Assembly: GCA_000388065.2 (NCBI GenBank)
Contig: KB932206.1
Length of the DNA: 17,808 bases
Direction: 5' to 3' (one strand)
Source of the DNA: Fonticula alba ATCC 38817
Taxonomy: Eukaryota; Protista; Nucleariida
Below the pieces are notes generated by a model. The model worked only from the letters and a program-made list of their open reading frames with translations. It did not search any database and was not told the DNA's origin. Made by a program: the position numbers and the translations under genes. Below, in pieces: positions 1-8,813 of this stretch. How positions within the stretch are numbered: position 1 is the stretch's first letter; the number at the start of each line of letters is the position of its first letter.

Positions 1-27
1 CCCCCCCCCCGGCCCGATGGCCGGCAG

Positions 28-2130
28 TCTGGTTCATCTCGGTCTTCGGTATCGGCCTCCTCCTGGCCCTGCTTTTCTTCCGGATGTTCCGCGTGCGTTG
101 GAAGCCGCATCTCCGATGCACCTCTCCCTGTGCATCCTCGATTGTTCCTTTTTTTTTCCCCCCCTCCTTTCTCACCTCCCCTCCGTCCGGCCGTAGCTTT
201 TCCTGATCTATCGCTACCGGCGCTCCGGTGGCATCCTTCTCCTCTACTTTGGCGTCTTCCTCTTTTGGATGCCGCACATCATCCTGGCCGTCACTTCCAG
301 CGCCCTGCGCATCCAGGGGCCGATTGTCCTCGTGCGTGCTGTCCTCCGGGCCTGCCTCCGCCACGCCCATGCAGTGTCTATTGTCTTGCTCGCTCGGATG
401 GCCGAGCCGCATCCTGCTCCTGACCTGAAAAGCACATCCTCTTCCGCGCGCTGCCTCTCCCTCATTCTTCCTCCCTCTGGCCCATGCAGAACGGCGTGGT
501 CGGCTGCTTCGACATTTCCCCCGTCCCGATGTTCCTCTCGGCCATGGTCACCACCTTCAATTGCATCGTCCTGTTTGTGCGTCTGCCGCCTGCCTCCCCG
601 CCGACGGGGCTGCTTCATTCTCGGCCCGTGGCATGACCTAACTCTCCCCTCCTCCCCCTGCATCCATCCTCGGCTCCTCCCTCGCACAGATCTTCTCCAT
701 CCTCAATCGCCGGCGCATTCGCCAAAAGTACCTCAATGAGTACCGTCTCGTCCGATGGCAATCCATTGTCACCGCCATCTTCTACATCCTGCTGGTGGGG
801 CTGCATGTTGGCAAGGTGGCTTTCGTCCACAAGCACGGCTACGCCGTGTCTCTGGTCCCGGTGGCCATGGTGTCCATCCTCTTCTGGGGCATTGTCGGGC
901 CGCCTTTCTACAATTTGTGCGCATTCAGTCCTCCCTCCCCTTTCCTCCAGCCCAATCTCCCTGCCTGCCCTTGGTCTCTCTCCCTCTCTCTCTCTCTGTG
1001 TGTGTGGCCTTTCCTTTGCCCCCTTCCCCTGGTGGCATTGTCCCATGCTCTGTGCCCCCATGCAAAGTACTAATCCCTCCCTGGGCCTTCCCCTGCCTTG
1101 TGCCCGGATCACACGCGCCAGCATCTTCCATCGTGAGGCCTATCTGCTGGCCTTCCATGAAACTTTCCAGTTCAAGTTTGAGCCGTACTCGCTCAATTCC
1201 TCCTCGACCGACAACCGGTCCAGCTCGACCGCCGGCGGTCCTGGCTCCCCCGAGAGCTATGAGCTGGCCACCCACCAGAGCACCACTTGTGAGGAGGATC
1301 TCTTCCACATCGAGAAGGCCGACATCGCCGCGGCCAATGCAAAGGCCGCCGCCGGGGTGGCGGTTGTGGCAGGCCCGGCCATTTTCGTGCGCTCCATCAG
1401 CCTGGACTCTTTCGAGGTGAATCGCGAGGGCTTCACCCCGGCGGCCACGACCGGCACCGGTGGAGTGGGCCGCGTTTCCGGCATCCCGGCCTCTCCCCGA
1501 ACCTCCATGCTCTTCCAGACCGACCCGACGCTGGACCCGCGCGTGAGCTTCAACAGCAGCGGCAGCAGCAGTGCCAGCAGCAGTAGCGGCAGCCACCCCG
1601 CTGCCATGGGCGCCCTCCATGGGGAGGGGAGATCTGCCCCATCCCCTTCGCATGCCGTCACCACCGGCCCCCCCTTCGCCGGTCCCGACGCAGGGCCGAC
1701 CCCGGTCTCGGCATCATCCGGCCCCGACTCCCGGACACAAGTGCTCGCCCAGGACTCGGCCGTACCGACGGTGACCCTCGCCGGTGGCCACACCCCGCCC
1801 CCCGCCGGGCCATCGCCCTCCCTGGCTGGCCAGCCCTTCGGTGAGGGCCCCCTCACGGGGAGCGGTGGCACTCTGCTGTTGTCCGGCCAGGAGTCCGGCG
1901 AGGAGTCCGCCAAGGAGTCCGCGGGGGAATTCACCTCGGAGGAGGACCTGTCCGAAAAGGAGCATGCCCCCGAGCACCCGGACCCCGGGGAGGCGTCCAT
2001 GTCCTCGGATGCCAGTGCCTCGGACTCCTCTTCCCCGCCATCGCGCGCGTCCAGCCGCTCCTCGGAGTCGGATGATGCTCTTCCCCCGCTCGGGGGTCCG
2101 AATGACGACGACACTTCTTCGGATGAGTGA
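28..2130 (+). CDS. Class C (7tm_3-like) GPCR-type 7TM membrane protein, 5'-truncated. Exons 28-92, 197-331, 490-576, 690-916, 1122-2130
   Basis: The exons join in phase at GT..AG. The spliced product has five hydrophobic helices: WFISVFGIGLLLALLFFRMFRLFLIY (TM3-like), ILLLYFGVFLFWMPHIILAV, a loop with Cys (NGVVGCFD), PMFLSAMVTTFNCIVLFIFSIL, RQKYLNEYR (cf. the class C 'FNE.K' motif), QSIVTAIFYILLVGL and AVSLVPVAMVSILFWGIVGPPFY (cf. the TM7 'PK.Y' motif). A ~335-aa Ser/Gly/Pro/acidic tail follows and ends DDDTSSDE*. Family assignment is from recalled motifs, not an HMM search. Confidence 0.7.
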
Positions 2131-2647
2131 TTAGCCATGCGCTCGCCGTGGCGGCCCCGCTCCCCCCCCCCTGCCACGTCCGCCCCTCGCCTCTCCCCTC
2201 GCCCCTTCGGCCTTGCAATTTTCTTGCCCTTGTTGGTGCTGGCACCCGCCCCCCCCCCCTTGTCCACATTTTTCCCCCGACCTTCGAGCCTGCGGCAGCT
2301 GAGTGGGCATTGTCATTTTTCTCCCCTCCCCCCATGTAGCCCTTCAGTCTGTCTGTCTGCCCGTCCGTCCGTCCGTCCGTCTCTCTCTCTCTCTCTCCCT
2401 CCCATGCGCCTCGTAGGTATACGGGATACTGCGCTTCACATTAGTCGGCTGCCTCGCTGTGTCTCGTCCAGCCATGATGACCCTCCCAGGTCGCTGCTCT
2501 CCCGCTCTATCTCCCCCCTTCCCTCTTCCTCTCATCCCGCCCGTGCCTCCTTGGACGCAGCAGAGTGCAGAAGCTTTCCCCCCCTCTCCCTCGCCCGCCT
2601 CCCGCCCGCAAGCACCAGCCTTCCCTTTCGATCGGGGGAGGCGGAGC

Positions 2648-2671
<24 letters not shown>
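2648..2671. repeat. (GT)12 microsatellite in the convergent intergenic region
   Basis: Read directly from the sequence. Confidence 0.9.
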
Positions 2672-2679
<8 letters not shown>

Positions 2680-3052
2680 TTGCTTCTCCCTTCCAGTGAA
2701 ACTGGGAAAATACACGTCTCCTGTGTTTTGTTAGCTGCGCCATGTCGAATCCTGACGGCCTGGCGAATGTTCATTCTTCCTCCCGCGAAAGGGACCATGG
2801 CGGAGAGTGGACCCGAGCACCCGCGTTTGGGCCACTTCCACAGGTGCACATGCACTCTGACATGATACATCGACCAAGCACATGGCCAAACGAGCAGAGG
2901 ACTCACGGGCCCGGTCGGGCAGCGGGACAGGAGAAAGGAAGAGACGGGGAAAGACGCGCGCGTGCATGCGCCGAGCGAGCCGAACCCGAGGGAGGCGCAC
3001 ACAGCCCAACGGGGAGCCACATCGGAGGGGAGGCCGGGGCAGGCTCGCGCGC

Positions 3053-5281
3053 CTAATGGCCGCCCGCCAGGGCGCCCTCCGATGCGACGAGGACTTGGCG
3101 CGCGGCCGCAGACACCCGCTGGCGCCCTGGCAGCTCCACCCCCGGGGCAGACGCCTGGTGGTGTGCCAGCTGGCTCACCCGATCAATCCAGCCCAGTCCG
3201 CAGACCCCCTCCTCGGGGTCAGTTGGGCCCGGGGCCAGGCCCGTCAGCACGGCCATCGCCCGGAGGGCGGTCTCCCCGGCGGAGATGGCCTGCAACTGGC
3301 CGGGCTGCAGCTGGCCGGCCGGTGTGTCGAGAATCTCATCGGCTGGGATCAGGGTCAAGCAGGCGTCCGCCAGACTTCCGGCCAGGGCCGCGCGCTTGGC
3401 ATTGGATGGCATGTATGCGACAAAGCGGGCAGCGCTACCGGGCCAGACCCATCGGTGAGTTGACATGAAAATGGCGACCTCAAAAGGGGCAAGAGGCAAG
3501 GGGGGCGGGGGGCGGGGGGCGGGGGGCGGATGTAGGAACCCCCCCCCCCATAAGCAACATACTTCAAGCAGAGGGCCGCAAAGGACCCGGCGCCGGCCGG
3601 AGTAGCGACCACCTGCTCCGGCAGGCGGGAAATACACTCATAGAAGAGATCCTGTGGGCGAGAGGGAGGGAGAGGAGCGTGTGTGTGTGTGTGTGGTGGG
3701 GGGGGGGGGGACAAAGCATTGTCAGCATCTCCCCACAAGAGAAGCAGTGCCACAGGAGCGGAGGCATACCGAAGTCAGTTGCGACGCCACGGCCGTGCCG
3801 GTGGCCGGGTCCGCGGTGCCCAGGACATTGACCAGCGCTCGGCAGCCCATGATGGCACAGCGCATCCGGTCGCCCGGGGAGATGCCATTCTCGGCCGCAT
3901 GCGCCGGCGACTTGTTCAGCAGGCTGCAGGTGACCAGCGCATCGACCAGGGCATCCGGGATGCCGGAAGACTGCCACACCGCCGGGAGCTGCGTGTTGCG
4001 CGCCGAGATGAGGGAGATCAGGTCAAGGACTATCGAGTCGGGGAGATCCAGAAGGGCGTTTGTGTGCGTGTGTGAGGGGGAGAGAGGGAGAGGGAGACGA
4101 AGCGGTCAGGCAACGGGCACGCGGATGGAGGAGGAGGAGGCAGGAAGGGGCGTGCACAGGCAGGAGAACGCACCGCCGAATACCACACCCGGCGGGGCAT
4201 GCAGCAGAGCCTTGTAGATGCAGAACAGGACCGACTGCGTCAGCTGGAAGGATGTGCTGCTATCGAGCGGACCCTCGAGCGAGGCGATCAGCGTCAGCTC
4301 CTCATACGTCATCGAATCCTATGGAGGGGCGCACGACATCATGGGGGCAGGGGACACGGAGCAGGGCAAGGTCAGATTGAGGGCAATCCCCGGCGGCGAG
4401 AGAGGGCACCGGCCACTGGGCGCACATCGGGAGACGAGCTGGCCTGCCAGGCGCGAATGGTGTCGATGGCGCGCTTGGCACTCGACTGGGCCAGGAGAAC
4501 CGGCTCCTGGAGCGGGGCGCAACGTCGGGTTTTGATATGGGGGGGGGGGGAGGGCAACACAGGTCAGATCGGGGAGAATGGCAAGGGCCGGGAAGCTAAA
4601 GGCCGTGGATGGGACAGCCGGGACAACGCACCGGCAGGGACTTCTTGACCGGCTTGGCCGTGGCCGCGGCCGGGCCCGGGGCATCCGGCACATAGCGCCC
4701 GGCGCCGGTCAGCGGGTCGGCCGAGGCGGCGGCCCCCCCATGGCCGAAGGACGCCGAGGGAGTCGAATCCATGGACGGCCGATAGCGCCCGGCACCGGTA
4801 TACGGGTCGGAGTAGGCATTGGAGCTGCTCTCGGAGGAGAGTGCCTCGCGCGCGCCGGTGGCATTGTTCAGGATGAACTGGACCACCTGCTCGAGGTACG
4901 ACTGCGGGAGGAGATGGGTGTCGAGGAAACGCTGTGCGGCCATGTACGGGCAGTCTGCCATGGCCATCCGCCGGAGGTCTGTGTGAATGCCAAGATACAA
5001 AGGAGAAGAAGGAACAACGCCATGCGCGTGCGCGCACCACCCAGGTTGTAGGGGAGCTTCTTGGGCGGGGCATCGTCCTCGGCGTCGACGTCGAAGACGA
5101 AGTCGTACAGCTGCCCTTCGAAGGGGACCTTGCTGGTTGAAGCGCCACCGGCCCCTCCGGACTCACCCGCATCCACTCGACCGATGTTCAGCCACTTGGA
5201 CTGGTGGTTGATCCACTGGGCGCCCGTGGGGATTTGTCCGTGTGAAGAGCCAGGAAATCACCAGCAAGCCCGGCGATATGG

Positions 5282-5340
<59 letters not shown>

Positions 5341-7692
5341 CGTGCGCTGGTTAGTCGTGCGTACATGGGCAGGCAGAGGGCGCCGCCAAAAGGGGACAGT
5401 ACCTGATAGGCATGCGTGTTCTCGGGGTTCGCGGGATCGCGCACAAAGCGCACGCAGTCGGGCCCGGTCGCGGACGGGAGCTGCTCCACCGAGGCAGCAG
5501 CCCCATCGGTCGAGCCGTACAGGCCGCTACCCGGATTCCGGCGAGAGGAAACCACGGCGCACATGCACATTCATGGGGAACACATGTCAGGGGCAGGTAT
5601 GGCGAAGCAGGCACGCGCATGGGACAGGACACACCGAGGAACGGCCGAGATCGACAGGGCACTTTCGTATTTTTCCTGGCTCGAGGTCCCGACAGCCGGC
5701 GCCTCGGAGGAGAACACCCGCACACAGAGGTCGCTGCCGGCGGCCGCCAGCAGGAGCGGCTTCTCGCCGGTCACCGCCGGCGGTCCGGCCAGCGCGACGC
5801 ACGCCCACACCGACAGCCCCGGCAGCGGAATGGCCTGCGTCTGTCGCAGGGAGAGAGCCCCGCCAGTGCGGGCAAGCTTCCACACCCGCACGGTCCGGTC
5901 CTCGCCGGACGAGGCCAGCACCATGTGGTCCGGGGTCACTCGCAGCACCGTCGTCGAGTAGATCAGCGACAAGGGGCGCTGGTTTTCCGGCGCAGGGGTG
6001 CCCACGGGCGAGCTGACCACCGGCGTCGGGCTGAACGTCGGGCCGACCCACACATGCAGCTGGCTGAGGCGTGACCATGAGGGATGTTAGCATGCCTGAA
6101 GAGTGCCAGGGAGGCGGCCTCCCCTCGCCCCACGCCTCCCAGCAGGTCTGACACAGGAGGCCCAATGCCCAAAGGAGGGGCCACAGAGAGACGAACCCAT
6201 CATTGCTGGCCGATACAAAGGCCGGGCCCGGGCCGAGCACCGAGCCACCCGGCAGCTTGGAAAGGCCGCGGATGCAGTCCTGATGCACGCCCTCCAGGCT
6301 GTACTTCACCTGGCCAGTCTCCAGACTCCAGGCGTAGATGTTCCGGTCGCCGCCGCCTGGAGGGGGAGAAAGAAGGACAGCGAGCAAAATGAAAATGCCA
6401 GTGTCAGAGCCAGGTGGTGGTAGTGATGGAAGAGGAAAAGCGCCTTCGGCCAGGTGTTCCCCCCCGCCCCGTTCACGCCGTGACCCTTCGTCTGGTGGGG
6501 GTCTTTGCCGCGGCCAACCAGCCGGCAGTGTGCGTGTATGCGTACAGGTGACCACGGTGTCCTCCTCGGGGAAGATGAGCGCCCCCCACACGGCCATGGT
6601 ATGCGGCTCGCCCAGGACGAAAAGCGACACGCCGGTGGTCATATCCCAAATCTGACGAGATCCGTTTGGTGGGGCGTGTGCATGTGTGTTAGCAGGAAAG
6701 GCGCAGCTCGGGAGGCTGGTCACATGCAAGATGATGGCAGACAAAGGGGGGGGGGGGGGAGGGGAGCGAGGGAGGACAAGAGAGACCGGGCTCCCAGAAA
6801 AAGAAAACCACGCACCCGGGCAGTCTCATCCCAGGACGTTGAGACCAGCCAGGCCCGATCGCCGGATTCGGACACCGCGGCAGAAAGCGAGCACACATTC
6901 GAGGTGTGCCCACGCAGGCGCCAAGTGGGCGAGCAGGCATCCCCACTGGCGCCGGGCTGCAGCAGGCCCACGTCGTACACGAGAATCTCGTTGTCAATGC
7001 CGGCCGTGGCAAGCAGACCTGCATTTGCCCGCCCCACCAGGTAGCGTGCTGTTAGTGCATTGGCGCGGCCGGCTACGATGGGCCGAAGGCAGGGGGGGGG
7101 GGGGAGGACCAGGCCGAGGCGAAGAGAAGAAAGGGGCGGGCGGGGAGGGGGGGAGGGACACGGGAAGATCATACCCTCGGGGAACTGCTGCGAGGGGGGC
7201 ACCACGGCGACTGCATTGACAAAGCGCGTGTGGTGGCGCAAAATGACCGGATCCTCCGTGGTGTCGGTCATGTTGGGCTCGGCGCCGGCGAGCGAGCAGG
7301 CCTTGGGCCAGATGCGCACCGAGGCGTCGCGCGAGCCGGACACAAGGCGTCCATCCGGCAGGACGGCCAGGGATTTGATCTGCGCAGGGGGTCGNNNNNN
7401 NNNNGGACGGCCAGGGATTTGATCTGCGCAGGGGGTCGAGGGGGGGGGGGGGGGGCAGAGAAGCAAAGGGAGGCCGGGGCGGTGAGCATCCAGTGGCAGG
7501 AGCACAGGGGGCAGAGAGACTGCCAGGCACATAAATGAGTGTGCGTGTGTGTATGTGTGTATGTGTATGTGTATGTGTGTGTGTGTGTGTGTGTTAAGGC
7601 GAGGACATTCGTACATCGTCTGAGTGCCCCTCCAGGGTGGTCACCGGTTGGAGGAACTCAAGATGGTGGGGGGCCAGGAAGTCTGACGGCAT
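3053..7692 (-). CDS. PLAA: Phospholipase A2-activating protein / Doa1/Ufd3 (WD40-PFU-PUL Cdc48/p97 ubiquitin adaptor), ~920 aa. Exons 7692-7615, 7379-7175, 7018-6816, 6651-6546, 6356-6197, 6063-5635, 5526-5403, 5215-5038, 4954-4632, 4506-4426, 4318-4174, 4029-3770, 3651-3563, 3434-3053
   Basis: All 13 introns are GT..AG and phase-consistent (2763 nt in total). WD40 motifs: LEGHSDD/IKSLAV, VSGSRDASVRIW, LRGHTSNVCSL, STSWDETAR/IWD, HQDCIRGL, SASNDG, SSGEDRTVRVW, IPLPGLSVW. PFU: FEGQLYDFVFDVDAEDDAPPKKLPYN..CPYMAAQRFL..YLEQVVQFILNN. Two DPxTGAGRY motifs. PUL-like helices: VFGVLDLI, MGCRALVN. Confidence 0.95.
4860..5420 (-). other. PFU ubiquitin-binding domain-encoding region of PLAA (boundaries approximate)
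   Basis: AYQWINHQSKWLNIGRV..KVPFEGQLYDFVFDVD..KKLPYN..AAQRFL..YLEQVVQFILNN matches the recalled PLAA/Doa1 PFU consensus. Confidence 0.9.
5284..5335. repeat. (GT)26 microsatellite in PLAA intron 7
   Basis: Read directly from the sequence; followed by GCGT units. Confidence 0.95.
7361..7438. other. Assembly artefact: 34-bp direct duplication (7361-7394 = 7405-7438) flanking a 10-N gap
   Basis: An identical GGACGGCCAGGGATTTGATCTGCGCAGGGGGTCG lies on both sides of NNNNNNNNNN, typical of unmerged overlapping contig ends. Confidence 0.85.
7539..7594. repeat. Compound (GT)n/(GTGTAT)n microsatellite in PLAA intron 1
   Basis: Read directly from the sequence. Confidence 0.9.
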
Positions 7693-7699
7693 GGTGGTG

Positions 7700-7877
7700 C
7701 TGGGCGGGTGTGTGTCTCGTTTTTTCTGGGCGAGATGATGCCAGGCTGTGAAGGCGGAGGCGCAGGGGGGAGGGGAGGGGGAAGACAGAGTGGGAAGGAA
7801 GGGGGGAGAGAGGCGAGGGACGGGAACGGGGGGGGGGGGGGGAGAGGGAAGCCAGACAGAGGGTTGACTTTCCATAC
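7700..7877 (-). other. Probable 5'-UTR intron of PLAA (GTATGG...CAG), leaving 7 nt (CACCACC) before the ATG
   Basis: The donor GTATGG fits the local donor pattern. The sense strand is pyrimidine/poly-C rich like neighbouring introns. The acceptor CCGCCCAG lies immediately upstream of CACCACCATG. Confidence 0.55.
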
Positions 7878-8745
7878 AGCCCCCATCTGCGAGCCGGGCC
7901 CTTTTTGGCAGCCCCCCGCGCCTCCCCCGGCCCCCGGCCCCCGGCCCCAGGTATATCCAGGCTCAGGGCCAGATCGAGCCATCACCCGCCACGCAATAGG
8001 CCGCCCAAGTTGGACACTAGAATGTACCTTCGATCAGGACACCTAGCCCGGCAATCGCGTACACGTACGTCATTCCGAGTGTCCGCCGGCCCCCCCCCCC
8101 CCCCCGGAGGGCGATCGCCCCTGAGGGAGGACGCGGAGGACGGCCCGAGGGCCGGGCGCGCAGCCCCGACGGGGACGTGGCAGATGCCAACTCCGGTCGG
8201 GCCGCGCCGGATTAAGATTTAACCGGAGGACTGAATCGTCGGCACATGGGGAACTTGGGGAGGGCGCTTGCGGCGCCCCCGGCGATACTACTGCCACCGC
8301 TGCGCCTGTGTGGTGTGAGAAAAATGCGCCGGGTTCGGGTCATCCCGGCCGCGGGTGCCATCGAGCGGTGTATCCCCCCCGCCGGGCCGGCCCCTCCCTG
8401 AGGCGGGAGAAGGGACGCCCAGGGCAGGCGATCTGCGTCCTGGCTCGAACGAACGAGCGAGGGCAGGCGCCGGTGTTTTTTTTTTTCTAGATCAGAACCA
8501 GCGGGCCGGAAACAAGGGCCCGGAGCCGTTGACTGAGGCCGGGGGAGGGAGGAGGGGCGGGGACACCGCGAGCAGCGCGCCCTTTGCGTCCCCCCCCCCT
8601 CCCCCCGGAGGGGCCACTTTTCTTGCGGCCTGATGCCGAGTCACCCCGGCGATCCCCGCGCCCGTCAGCCTACCTCCCTCCTCTTGTCTCCCTCGGTGCA
8701 ACCGCCCCCCGCCCGGCTCGCCTGCCTCCCCCTCCCTGCCCCTGA

Positions 8746-8746
<1 letters not shown>

Positions 8747-8782
<36 letters not shown>
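8747..8782 (+). repeat. (GCC)12 upstream of the RAD18 ATG
   Basis: Read directly from the sequence; it ends 31 nt before the ATG at 8814. Confidence 0.95.
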
Positions 8783-8813
8783 CTCGCCCGCCGCCCCATC
8801 CCGTCCCGAGTCC

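Larger units (their letters stand above)
5680..7650 (-). other. WD40 beta-propeller-encoding region of PLAA (boundaries approximate)
   Basis: Repeated GH..SxS.D.T.R.W motifs across exons 1-6. Confidence 0.85.
7693..8813. promoter_or_regulatory. Divergent (bidirectional) promoter region shared by PLAA and RAD18
   Basis: The two genes are head-to-head, with 1121 nt between the ATGs. An AT-rich core (ATTAAGATTTAA, 8211-8222) flanked by CCGG sits near the midpoint. Confidence 0.55.

Noticed and set aside
2127-2444. Alternative last exon for the GPCR (GA|GTGATT ... CTCGTAG|G TAT ACG GGA TAC TGC GCT TCA CAT TAG, adding YTGYCASH*)
   Set aside because: The acceptor and pyrimidine tract look intron-like, but the donor GTGATT (+4 A, +5 T) matches none of the 31 local donors. 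The in-frame TGA at 2128 is the simpler reading. RNA-seq would settle it.
4660-4830. Two DPxTGAGRY peptide repeats in PLAA
   Set aside because: Duplicated DPFTGxGRY motifs between PFU and PUL are a standard PLAA/Doa1 feature.
7361-7438. Tandem duplication of the PLAA exon-2 acceptor, suggesting a possible duplicated micro-exon
   Set aside because: The two identical 34-bp copies flank a 10-N gap exactly, which is the signature of unmerged contig ends rather than biology.
7693-8813. Known cis-elements (yeast PACE GGTGGCAAA, MCB ACGCGT, E2F TTTSSCGC) or a small RNA gene in the divergent spacer
   Set aside because: I found no exact matches by eye, and no tRNA cloverleaf, A/B-box pair or snoRNA/snRNA motif set.
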